Below are positions 1 through 6,530 of a DNA stretch of 16,266 nucleotides, piece by piece. Position numbers and translations under genes: made by a program. Each line of letters opens with the position of its first letter. The stretch's first letter is position 1. Below the pieces are notes generated by a model, which was given only the letters and a program-made list of their open reading frames with translations, ran no database searches and had not been told where the DNA came from. Source of the stretch: an uncultured Bacteroidales bacterium (GTDB lineage: Bacteria; Bacteroidota; Bacteroidia; Bacteroidales; P3); the NCBI GenBank assembly GCA_905236405.1, contig CAJOQB010000038.1, forward strand, positions 1 through 16,266, written 5' to 3'.

Positions 1-370
1 AGTAGCGGCTGTCCTGCTCGTCCTGCGAGGAGAACATGCTGGGGTCGTCGGCCACGACGATGATGACGCCCTTGGTGCCGATGATGGCTGCGTTCATGAA
101 GGGGTCGCCGCAGACGTTGAGACCCACGTGCTTCATGCAGGTCATGGCACGCTTGCCAGCGTAAGCCACACCGATGGAAGCCTCGAGGGCTGTCTTCTCG
201 TTGGCGCACCAGTTGGCCACGATGCCTTTTTCCTTGGCCTCTTTCGATTTGATCACATATTCGGTAATCTGGGTGGAGGGAGTGCCAGGGTAACTGTTGA
301 TGGCACTGCCGCCTGCATCAATGAATGCTTGGGCGATTGCTTCGTCGCCCAGAAGAAGGGTTTTGGACAT
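1..370 (-). CDS. iorA: Indolepyruvate:ferredoxin oxidoreductase alpha subunit, N-terminal part (the gene continues beyond the window edge)
   Basis: Absent from the ORF track because it runs off the window. My reverse-complement translation from ATG (complement of 368..370) reads MSKTLLLGDEAIAQAFIDAGGSAINSYPGTPSTQITEYVIKSKEAKEKGIVANWCANEKTALEASIGVAYAGKRAMTCMKHVGLNVCGDPFMNAAIIGTKGVIIVVADDPSMFSSQDEQDSRY. The LLGDEAIAQ...YPGTPST.ITEY and DDP..SSQ.EQDSR patterns are typical of the IorA/TPP-dependent 2-oxoacid:ferredoxin oxidoreductase family. Confidence 0.8.
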   Translation of the reverse strand, partial: MSKTLLLGDEAIAQAFIDAGGSAINSYPGTPSTQITEYVIKSKEAKEKGIVANWCANEKTALEASIGVAYAGKRAMTCMKHVGLNVCGDPFMNAAIIGTKGVIIVVADDPSMFSSQDEQDSRY

Positions 371-422
371 ATCTATCTATATTTGTATTGTTTATTATAC
401 ATTTAACATTGTTTAGCAACTG

Positions 423-453
423 CAAAGATAGACAAACTTTTTGAATCTGCAAC
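423..453 (-). promoter_or_regulatory. Candidate Bacteroidota-type promoter for iorA (-33 TTG, 19-nt spacer, -7 TAtcTTTG)
   Basis: The minus strand reads gTTGc, 19 nt, then TATCTTTG (complement of 423..430). This matches the Bacteroides -7 consensus TAnnTTTG. The box lies about 53 nt upstream of the iorA ATG at 370. Confidence 0.4.
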
Positions 454-473
454 ATTTTTCCTGTCGGCACTCC

Positions 474-1976
474 TCAATGTCGGCTGTTGTTGGGTGTGCC
501 GTCGAGCGCCCACGGCAGCATGTCGAGCACCTGCGGGGCAAAGGTCTCTTCCAGTTCGAAGTACTCGCGGACGGTGCCCTTCTGGCAGTGTTGGAACAGA
601 TGGTTCAACTCCAGCGACATCACGATGTCGAGTCCCGACGGATCGTGTCCTGAGAGGGTTTTCCGCGGACGCGACGCTATCTGGCGAAGTCGCTCCATAT
701 TGGGCGCAGCCGACACCTGCAGGTCGCGTTCGTTGTAGAAAGCGGTGATGGGGCAACGTACCTTGCCGAGGTAGTCTATTGGGTCGGTCACAAGGAAGGT
801 GTGCATCCACGGCATGGCCAACTGCTGTGCCAACGCAAAGCGGGTGCCGCGGTCGAAACCGATGGCCTTGCGTTCGTCGGCGGAAAGGTGGGCGGTATGG
901 CGGTCGATGATGTCGTTGAACACCTCGCGGTAACGGTCGGGGGAGACTGTCACTGCCGAGTCGAAGACTTCGGCCATGGTGCTCAGTCGTATGGCCACCA
1001 GACTGCTGTCGACACCGGTAGCAAGAAACAGCAGCTCGTTCTGTTGCAACAGCGTCTCGCGACCGGTGCAGGCAGGACCTGCCAGCATTACGATGCTGTG
1101 CACGTCGCGGTTGTGGCTACCCACGATGGCGGCAATCAGGCCCCCTTCACTGTGGCCCATAATACTGACACGACTCTTGTCGATGCGTGGATGGCGACGC
1201 AACTGGTTGAAGAGGGCTTCGGCGTCGTCGGCAAAGTCAAAAGTGGTGGCCTCGTTGACCTCGCCTCGTGAGCCGCCCACACCGCGGTCGTCGTATCGCA
1301 GCACGGCGTAGCCTTGGCTTGCCAGATAGTCGGCAATGACCAGGAAGGGTCGGTGCTTGAACAGCTCTTCGTCACGGTTCTGTTGTCCACTTCCGCTCAC
1401 AAGCAGCACGGCAGGATAGCGACGTTTCTTCGATTGGTCGTCGCCTAATTGTGGCTTGGGGAGGGTGAGCGTGCCGCTGAGGGTCACCTCGCGGCCTTGG
1501 GCGTCGCGACGGGTGACGGTCACCTCCTCTTCGGTGAAGTTGAACGGCTCGGTCGGGGTCTGGGGACGCGGATAGGTATAGAGCGAGTCGACACAGGCAA
1601 ACACCTGTTGTGTTTTCATCATCCCTTGGCGAAACGTGCCCACAAACGACGTGTCGGCAGCGTTGAGCCGCAACGTGATGCGAAGTCCCAACTGTCCTTG
1701 GTCGAAACGTAGGGTGTCGTTGCGGAAGAACCATTGAGTGGGCACGATGGGCTGGTCGCTCTGCAGCGGGCTGAGGAGCAGCGGTGTCAAGCTGAGCGAT
1801 GCCTGCCCTTCGTCGATGTCCACGTTGGGCTGGAATGTCAGGTAGAGCGGTAGCATGGCCTCTTCAAGGAAGGTGTTCCACCAGCGGTTCTGCCAGCTCC
1901 ATGGCACTTGCGACTGTTGGGCGTCCAACAGCGAGAAGGAGGCAAGAAGGAGCGTCAGCAAGAGTGTCTTTCTCAT
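474..1976 (-). CDS. Secreted alpha/beta-fold serine hydrolase (S9/S33-like) with an N-terminal accessory domain
   Basis: 500-aa ORF. N-terminal signal peptide MRKTLLLTLLLASFSLLDAQQ. Nucleophile elbow GHSEGG (GxSxG). LLVSGSGQQNRDE and RYDDRGVGGS segments are typical of Bacteroidota alpha/beta hydrolases. It starts 21 nt after the upstream gene's stop. Confidence 0.8.
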   Translation of the reverse strand: MRKTLLLTLLLASFSLLDAQQSQVPWSWQNRWWNTFLEEAMLPLYLTFQPNVDIDEGQASLSLTPLLLSPLQSDQPIVPTQWFFRNDTLRFDQGQLGLRITLRLNAADTSFVGTFRQGMMKTQQVFACVDSLYTYPRPQTPTEPFNFTEEEVTVTRRDAQGREVTLSGTLTLPKPQLGDDQSKKRRYPAVLLVSGSGQQNRDEELFKHRPFLVIADYLASQGYAVLRYDDRGVGGSRGEVNEATTFDFADDAEALFNQLRRHPRIDKSRVSIMGHSEGGLIAAIVGSHNRDVHSIVMLAGPACTGRETLLQQNELLFLATGVDSSLVAIRLSTMAEVFDSAVTVSPDRYREVFNDIIDRHTAHLSADERKAIGFDRGTRFALAQQLAMPWMHTFLVTDPIDYLGKVRCPITAFYNERDLQVSAAPNMERLRQIASRPRKTLSGHDPSGLDIVMSLELNHLFQHCQKGTVREYFELEETFAPQVLDMLPWALDGTPNNSRH

Positions 1977-1997
1977 GATTGTGTTTGTTTTTGTTGG

Positions 1998-2588
1998 TTA
2001 TTCCCTCCAGCGAATGCTTTCCACCAAGTGACGCAGGTCGTGCTGCAGATAGTCGAGCACCGGTGCAAGCGAGTCGTTGTTGGGTGTGCGGTCTAAGAAG
2101 AGCGCTCCGCGGAGGAAGTGGTTCGTGGTGTCGCTCACCCAGAACTGATAGGTTGAAGCCACCTTGCTACCCTTCAGTTGGTAGGTGGTGGCCACGATGT
2201 GGTTCGACGGGTCGAGATATTGTTTCTCGTCCACTCCCGACGAGAAGTCGAAATGCTGCGAGAGAAACTTGTACGAGGTGTCGACCTGGGCATGCCATTC
2301 GCCTGGCTCGAGAGCCTTGTAGGTGAGGAAGGCTGTGGCTTTGTAGCGGGGATAGTATAGGTCGATGTATTTCTCTCGGGGTTGGTCTTTTTTGATGTGC
2401 ACTTCGGCCTCGTCGGACGCTTCGAACACAAAGGGCAGTGCCGTGGTGTCCACTTTGTGGTAGCTTTGTTGAGGCATGTCCAACCGAAGGTATGCCTCGG
2501 GCTTGGGGCTGTAGTCGTCGCGGTGTCTACAGCTGACGGTTGCGGTCAGCAGGAGCAACGCAAAAAGCAAAGTCGATATTCTTCTCAT
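1998..2588 (-). CDS. gldD: GldD-like gliding-motility/T9SS-associated lipoprotein
   Basis: 196-aa ORF with a lipoprotein signal (LLLLTATVSC, lipobox Cys). Mature N-terminus PKPEAYLRLDMP and C-terminal QFWVSDTTNHFLRGALFLDRTPNNDSLAPVLDYLQHDLRHLVESIRW resemble the GldD family as I remember it (PKPKAYLRL.YP ... TDS..HFLRG.LYF...PN.DS). Assignment is from memory and has not been searched. Confidence 0.55.
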   Translation of the reverse strand: MRRISTLLFALLLLTATVSCRHRDDYSPKPEAYLRLDMPQQSYHKVDTTALPFVFEASDEAEVHIKKDQPREKYIDLYYPRYKATAFLTYKALEPGEWHAQVDTSYKFLSQHFDFSSGVDEKQYLDPSNHIVATTYQLKGSKVASTYQFWVSDTTNHFLRGALFLDRTPNNDSLAPVLDYLQHDLRHLVESIRWRE

Positions 2589-2617
2589 GATTGTTCAGAA
2601 TTGATGTATGGATACGC

Positions 2618-3115
2618 TTAGTTTCGTCTTGCGGCCACCTCGGTCAATGCCAGACAGATGGCCAACAGCAAAAAGCAGATAATGAGGATGGGGCTCATCC
2701 ACTTTATGATGTTGAAAACACTAAAGACTGTGATGATGGTCATTGCCAGATTGATAAAGAACGCCACCAGTCCACCTTGGATGCAGTAGATTTGGAAACC
2801 TTGCGGACTGAAATAGCCATCGCTGTCCATCCGTCCGTGTTTGATCCATTCTTGATAGGTGCGTCTTTTCGATTTGCGTATGCGCTGTTTTCTGCCCCAG
2901 TTGGGATGGGTGGATGCCAACCAGCACAACACTATCACACCAATCCCCAATGCGTGGTTGATGTATATCTGGCTTCGTCCCATAGAGTCGTTGGAGGAGA
3001 AAACTATCTCGTCAGGCAGATGGGGCACCATGATGATGGCCAAAACAAGGCCCCCCACCGCTATGGCAGCGGCGAGGGCCAAGAGTATGTAGAAAAGGGT
3101 TTTGTCGGTTTCCAT
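2618..3115 (-). CDS. Uncharacterised small integral membrane protein (about 4 TM segments)
   Basis: 165-aa ORF in the same-strand gene string, 11 nt after the permease stop. Hydrophobic segments are FYILLALAAAIAVGGLVLAIIMV, ALGIGVIVLCWLA, GGLVAFFINLAMTIITVFSVF and ILIICFLLLAICLAL, with a strongly basic loop GRKQRIRKSKRRTYQEW. The TM1-HLPDEI start weakly recalls DUF1648/SdpI-like proteins (unverified). Confidence 0.65.
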   Translation of the reverse strand: METDKTLFYILLALAAAIAVGGLVLAIIMVPHLPDEIVFSSNDSMGRSQIYINHALGIGVIVLCWLASTHPNWGRKQRIRKSKRRTYQEWIKHGRMDSDGYFSPQGFQIYCIQGGLVAFFINLAMTIITVFSVFNIIKWMSPILIICFLLLAICLALTEVAARRN

Positions 3116-3126
3116 AGGTCAATATG

Positions 3127-4329
3127 TTAGCTGCGGAACATCACCTTCTCGCTGTCGAACATCTTGGAGAGCCCGAAGATGGCGAGTGCAGTATAGATAA
3201 TGTTCGAACCGACTGTGATAATCATGGCGTTGGCCATGTTGGCATGGTTAAACACCGACGACATGTATTGAACGCTGTTGTAGACAGGAATCAGGTATGC
3301 CCACAACTGTTCGGGGGCACCGTCACCCAGCATGGGCGATAAACCCACCAACATGATGAGCAGCATCAGCGGCGTCACCATCGTGCCAGCGTTCTTCACA
3401 TCCTTGGCATAGGCTGAAATGATGGCGATGACAGACACCAAGACCAGCGTGGTGCTCAAGATGACGAACAAGAGACACAAGTAGTCGCCAGTTGTGTAGA
3501 GGTTAGAAGGAAGAGACAGTTCGTCGGAGTGAATCATCTTCGGCAGCGAAAGCATGATGCCGATGAAACTCGACAGGCCGCTCAGCAAAGCAAAGCACGA
3601 CAGTGCCACAATCTTGCCTAATGCCAGCTCGTGGCGTTTCAAGGGGGTGACGAGCAAGGTGGCCATGGTGCCACGCTCTTTCTCGCCAGCAATCGAAGTG
3701 GGAGCGATGGCCATACAGCCCGAGAAGAGGAGCATCACGATGAGCATGGGGATGATGCCGCTGAGCAGATTGCCTAAGAAGTCCTCTTCGGATATTTGGT
3801 CGAACATCTCGGGCTCCTCGCCGTCAACTTGGGCGTTGATGTCGAAGAGGTTCACTTTTGCGCTCTCCCAAGACTCCAGACCGGCACGGATGGCGTTATA
3901 GGCCGACTCGGCTTCGGGACATGCCGAGTTGTAATATATACGCACGTTGGGGGCGGGCTGTCCCGAGGCAGCGTTATAGCAGGCTGTTAGGCTGTCGAAG
4001 GCTGGGGGAAAGACCACATAGATAAGATTGTTGTCCTTGTCGGCAATCTCTTCCAGCATTGCATCGTGGTCGAACGTTCCTTCGTTGATTAGCATCGGAA
4101 TGTCTTGAATGGCGGGATAGATGGAAGGGGGCATGTTCTCTATCTTTGCCACGGTGATATTGTCGGGGTCGACTTGTATTTGTTTGTTGATGGCGTTGCC
4201 CATCAATGTATATATTAGGTATATCAGCAAACCCGGCATGATGATGGAAGTGAACACCAACGAGCGGTCGCCGAAGAAGCGGCGGCATTCCTTGCCTATG
4301 ATGGTGAGTGTATTGCTGTGTTGTTTCAT
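3127..4329 (-). CDS. ABC-2 type transporter permease, NatB-like, with a large extracytoplasmic loop after TM1
   Basis: 400-aa ORF. The N-terminus MKQHSNTLTIIGKECRRFFGDRSLVFTSIIMPGLLIYLIYTLMG matches the NatB/ABC-2 permease pattern. A soluble segment of about 140 aa follows, then 5 C-terminal TM helices. Its ATG overlaps the ancestral ATPase stop (ATGA). Confidence 0.85.
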   Translation of the reverse strand: MKQHSNTLTIIGKECRRFFGDRSLVFTSIIMPGLLIYLIYTLMGNAINKQIQVDPDNITVAKIENMPPSIYPAIQDIPMLINEGTFDHDAMLEEIADKDNNLIYVVFPPAFDSLTACYNAASGQPAPNVRIYYNSACPEAESAYNAIRAGLESWESAKVNLFDINAQVDGEEPEMFDQISEEDFLGNLLSGIIPMLIVMLLFSGCMAIAPTSIAGEKERGTMATLLVTPLKRHELALGKIVALSCFALLSGLSSFIGIMLSLPKMIHSDELSLPSNLYTTGDYLCLLFVILSTTLVLVSVIAIISAYAKDVKNAGTMVTPLMLLIMLVGLSPMLGDGAPEQLWAYLIPVYNSVQYMSSVFNHANMANAMIITVGSNIIYTALAIFGLSKMFDSEKVMFRS

Positions 4330-4457
4330 TGCAGGCCTCCTTTCTGTTCTATGTAGGCATTGTCACCTGTTTTGATTTCTTTGTAGATGTTGAAGAAGCG
4401 GTCTTCAAGGGGCAAGCCTTGGCAGATGCCTTCGAGCGTGTCGCAATGGGTCAGATG
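4326..4457 (-). pseudogene. Orphaned 3' coding remnant of the ABC ATPase gene, in frame and downstream of the internal TGA
   Basis: The ATPase frame continues past TGA (4458..4460) as HLTHCDTLEGICQGLPLEDRFFNIYKEIKTGDNAYIEQKGGLQ (43 codons, no Met). It ends at TGA 4326..4328, which overlaps the permease ATG 4327..4329. The GTLE...LED.F..I pattern is the usual C-terminal tail of NatA-type ATPases. Confidence 0.6.
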
Positions 4458-5165
4458 TCAGTCGATGATGATTACCACGCGGTCGCACAGCCGCTCCACC
4501 AGACTGAAGATATGGGTGGAGAGAATGATGGTCTTGCCCTGTTCACGCAATTCTTGTAGATAGTCGGTCACTGTTCGGGCGGTGATGACGTCGAGCCCGT
4601 TGGTGGGCTCGTCGAAGATGATGATTTCGGGGTCGTGAACCAGTGAAATCACCAACGAGGCTTTCTGCTTCATGCCGGTGCTGAGACTGGCCACCTTCAC
4701 TTCGGCAAACTGGCTGATGCCGAAGCGGTCGAAAAGCCGGCGTTTGCGGTCCTCGGCCACCACTTCGTCCACGCCGTGCAAGCGACTGAAGAAGTCGTAA
4801 AGATAGTTGGGGGTAAAGAAATCCTCCAGTTTCAGTTCGCTGGTGAGGAACCCTATCTTGCCCCGCACTTCCTCGGGTTGGCTGACGATGCTGGCACCGT
4901 CAATCAAGGCATCACCTTGGTCAGGTTTGATCAATGTGGCCAACATACGCAGCGTGGTGGTCTTGCCAGCCCCGTTGGGACCCAGCAGGCCGAAAATCTC
5001 GCCGCTGTAGGCATCGAACGACAGATCGTCAACGGCTTTCTTGTATCGCTTTTGTGATTGTTCAATTTTTTGCTGCTTACGTGACAGTTTGAATGTCTTG
5101 CAGAGGCCCTCCACATGAAGGATGGGCTGCTGCATATCCGTAGCGTTTGTTTCCTCGGGAATCAT
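4458..5165 (-). CDS. ABC transporter ATP-binding protein (NatA-like), C-terminally truncated by an in-frame TGA
   Basis: 235-aa ORF. Motifs: Walker A GPNGAGKTT, signature LSTGMKQK, Walker B IIIFDEPTNGLD, H-loop LSTHIF. It ends ...CDRVVIIID then TGA, where homologues normally continue for about 40 more residues. The ATG at 5163..5165 is 1 nt from the upstream RHH stop. An alternative start is M11 (MQQPILHVEGL). Confidence 0.9.
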   Translation of the reverse strand: MIPEETNATDMQQPILHVEGLCKTFKLSRKQQKIEQSQKRYKKAVDDLSFDAYSGEIFGLLGPNGAGKTTTLRMLATLIKPDQGDALIDGASIVSQPEEVRGKIGFLTSELKLEDFFTPNYLYDFFSRLHGVDEVVAEDRKRRLFDRFGISQFAEVKVASLSTGMKQKASLVISLVHDPEIIIFDEPTNGLDVITARTVTDYLQELREQGKTIILSTHIFSLVERLCDRVVIIID

Positions 5166-5166
5166 A

Positions 5167-5352
5167 TTATTCTTTGTCCTTTGATGTTGTTGTATTCTTT
5201 TTCTTGGGATAGCGTTTGGCTTTTTTCAGTGCTTCGGCAATAAGCCACTCCATCTGACCGTTGACGCTGCGGTACTCGTCGGCAGCCCACTTCTCGAGTG
5301 AGTCGTAGACTTCTTCGTCAATACGTAGAACGAATGTTTTCTTTGCAGCCAT
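5167..5352 (-). CDS. Arc/MetJ-type ribbon-helix-helix DNA-binding protein
   Basis: 61-aa ORF MAAKKTFVLRIDEEVYDSLEKWAADEYRSVNGQMEWLIAEALKKAKRY... It has a beta-strand (KTFVLRI) followed by two helices containing the RS.NGQ motif seen in Arc-like proteins, then a lysine-rich tail. Its stop abuts the ATPase start. Confidence 0.8.
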   Translation of the reverse strand: MAAKKTFVLRIDEEVYDSLEKWAADEYRSVNGQMEWLIAEALKKAKRYPKKKNTTTSKDKE

Positions 5353-5391
5353 GACAAACGGTTTAGGTGTTGTAAAACAAGGTGTGCTTTT

Positions 5392-6396
5392 TTATTGGTA
5401 CAACGTGCCAGTGTTAATGACAGGGCTGGCACTCTCGTCGGCACAGAGGACCACCAGCAGGTTCGACACCATGGTGGCTTTTTTCTCTTCGTCAAGTTCC
5501 ACGATGTGGTCTTCCGACAGTTTTTTCAGAGCCAGGTCGACCATGCTGACGGCACCTTCGACAATCTTTTCGCGTGCAGAGATGATGGCGTTGGCCTGTT
5601 GGCGACGAAGCATCACGCTGGCGATTTCAGCGGCATAGGCCAGGTAATTGATGCGGGCTTCCACCACTTCAATGCCGGCGATGCTCAAACGTTGACGAAT
5701 CTCATCTTCCAGTCGTTCGTTGATTTCCTCTCCACCGCTGCGGAGGGTCAGCTCGTCGCTGCCGCCGTCCATGTTGTCATATGCGTACATGCCTGCCACC
5801 TTACGGAGTGTGGCGTCGCTTTGCACGCTGACAAAATTGTCAAAGCTGTTCAGCGATTGCTCGGCTCCGTTTTCTGTCTTCGTCACATGTGAGTCGATGT
5901 CGAAGCAAGCACGGTAAGTGTCAGCAATACGCCATACAAGCACCAAGCCAATCATGATGGGGTTGCCGTTGCGGTCGTTGACTTTGATAGGCTCGACATC
6001 CATGTTACGGGCACGCAGCGACAATTTGCGTCGTCCGCAGAAAGGATTGATCCAGAAGAAGCCGTTGTCGCGTACCGTCCCGTGGTATTTTCCGAACAGG
6101 GTCAGCACAACCGACATGTTGGGCTGGATGATTTTCAGACCAACGAGATGGAGCAGCCATACCACAAAGAAGATAATGGCCAAGAAAATGGGTAGAGCAA
6201 TCCAACCCGTGGCTTCGGTGGATCCGTCGGCAGTGACCGTGGTCATGCAGTCCAGCATAGATAGCGATGCAATGATTAAGAAAAAGACCACAATCATGGC
6301 CAAGTTGATAAACAGATGCAGAAAGCCGTTGTTGGCGGCAGTCATCTTTCTGACAAATTCTTTTGTCTCAGTTGTTTTTTCGACAGTTGTATTCAT
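5392..6396 (-). CDS. SPFH/band-7 (stomatin/prohibitin-like) membrane protein
   Basis: The ORF track gives 5392..6471. I place the start at M26 (ATG = complement of 6394..6396, MNTTVEKTTETKEF...) because the longer form would run through the predicted promoter. There are two N-terminal TM segments (FLHLFINLAMIVVFFLIIASL and IALPIFLAIIFFVVWLLHLVGL). An SPFH core follows (IIQPNMSVVLTLFGKYHGT...GFFWINPF...VNDRNGNPIMIGLVLVWRI) and then a coiled region. Confidence 0.85.
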   Translation of the reverse strand: MNTTVEKTTETKEFVRKMTAANNGFLHLFINLAMIVVFFLIIASLSMLDCMTTVTADGSTEATGWIALPIFLAIIFFVVWLLHLVGLKIIQPNMSVVLTLFGKYHGTVRDNGFFWINPFCGRRKLSLRARNMDVEPIKVNDRNGNPIMIGLVLVWRIADTYRACFDIDSHVTKTENGAEQSLNSFDNFVSVQSDATLRKVAGMYAYDNMDGGSDELTLRSGGEEINERLEDEIRQRLSIAGIEVVEARINYLAYAAEIASVMLRRQQANAIISAREKIVEGAVSMVDLALKKLSEDHIVELDEEKKATMVSNLLVVLCADESASPVINTGTLYQ

Positions 6397-6441
6397 ATCA
6401 ATATTTATGTTTTGAATTAATATCATTTTAATATCACAATG

Positions 6442-6474
6442 CAAAGGTAAACGCTTTTTTTTATACCGCACAAA
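6442..6474 (-). promoter_or_regulatory. Candidate Bacteroidota promoter for the SPFH-led gene string (-33 TTTG, 21-nt spacer, -7 TAccTTTG)
   Basis: The minus strand reads TTTG (complement of 6471..6474), a 21-nt spacer, then TACCTTTG (complement of 6442..6449). Both boxes and the spacing fit the Bacteroides primary-sigma consensus. The -7 box is about 46 nt upstream of ATG 6396. Confidence 0.5.
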
Positions 6475-6485
6475 TTTTTTTTTCG

Positions 6486-6493
6486 TATTTTTG
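6486..6493 (+). promoter_or_regulatory. Candidate -7 box (TAttTTTG) for the M1 peptidase gene
   Basis: TATTTTTG at 6486..6493 matches TAnnTTTG, 38 nt upstream of ATG 6531. I found no clean -33 TTTG at the expected spacing, so confidence is moderate to low. Confidence 0.4.
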
Positions 6494-6530
6494 CACCTCG
6501 AACTTATTAACCGTTATAAACTAACTGTTT

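Noticed and set aside
4336-4343. A perfect Shine-Dalgarno-like AAAGGAGG 6 nt upstream of the permease ATG, and a similar AAAGGAGAGAGAGG (11391..11404) before the manC-like gene. Both are unusual in a phylum that largely lacks SD-led initiation.
   Set aside because: There are only two instances. One lies within the former ATPase coding frame (K-G-G codons), so it could be coincidental. It is not enough to claim an unusual translation signal.
4458-4460. The in-frame TGA in the ABC ATPase as selenocysteine or genome-wide TGA recoding.
   Set aside because: Every other gene in the window reads as a complete ORF under the standard code, and several end in TGA. I see no convincing SECIS-like hairpin within about 40 nt downstream. 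This position is not a catalytic Cys site in ABC ATPases. I treat it as a nonsense mutation or sequencing error in the findings.
6397-6471. Longest-ORF N-terminal extensions: SPFH from 6471, thyA from 10544, ribD from 14385 and yigZ from 15370.
   Set aside because: These extensions run through predicted promoter or terminator elements or start at non-ATG codons. Homologue N-termini (ThyA MKQYL..., RibD, YigZ) align with the internal ATGs at 10586, 14442 and 15400. For the SPFH gene the shorter ATG 6396 start is chosen only because the extension would run through the predicted promoter.
6455-6483. T8 (6455..6462) and T9 (6475..6483) tracts between the divergent promoters as phase-variable spacers.
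   Set aside because: AT-rich homopolymers are common in Bacteroidota intergenic and promoter DNA. The T8 tract does lie within the 21-nt spacer of the minus-strand promoter, but a single sequence gives no evidence of length variation.
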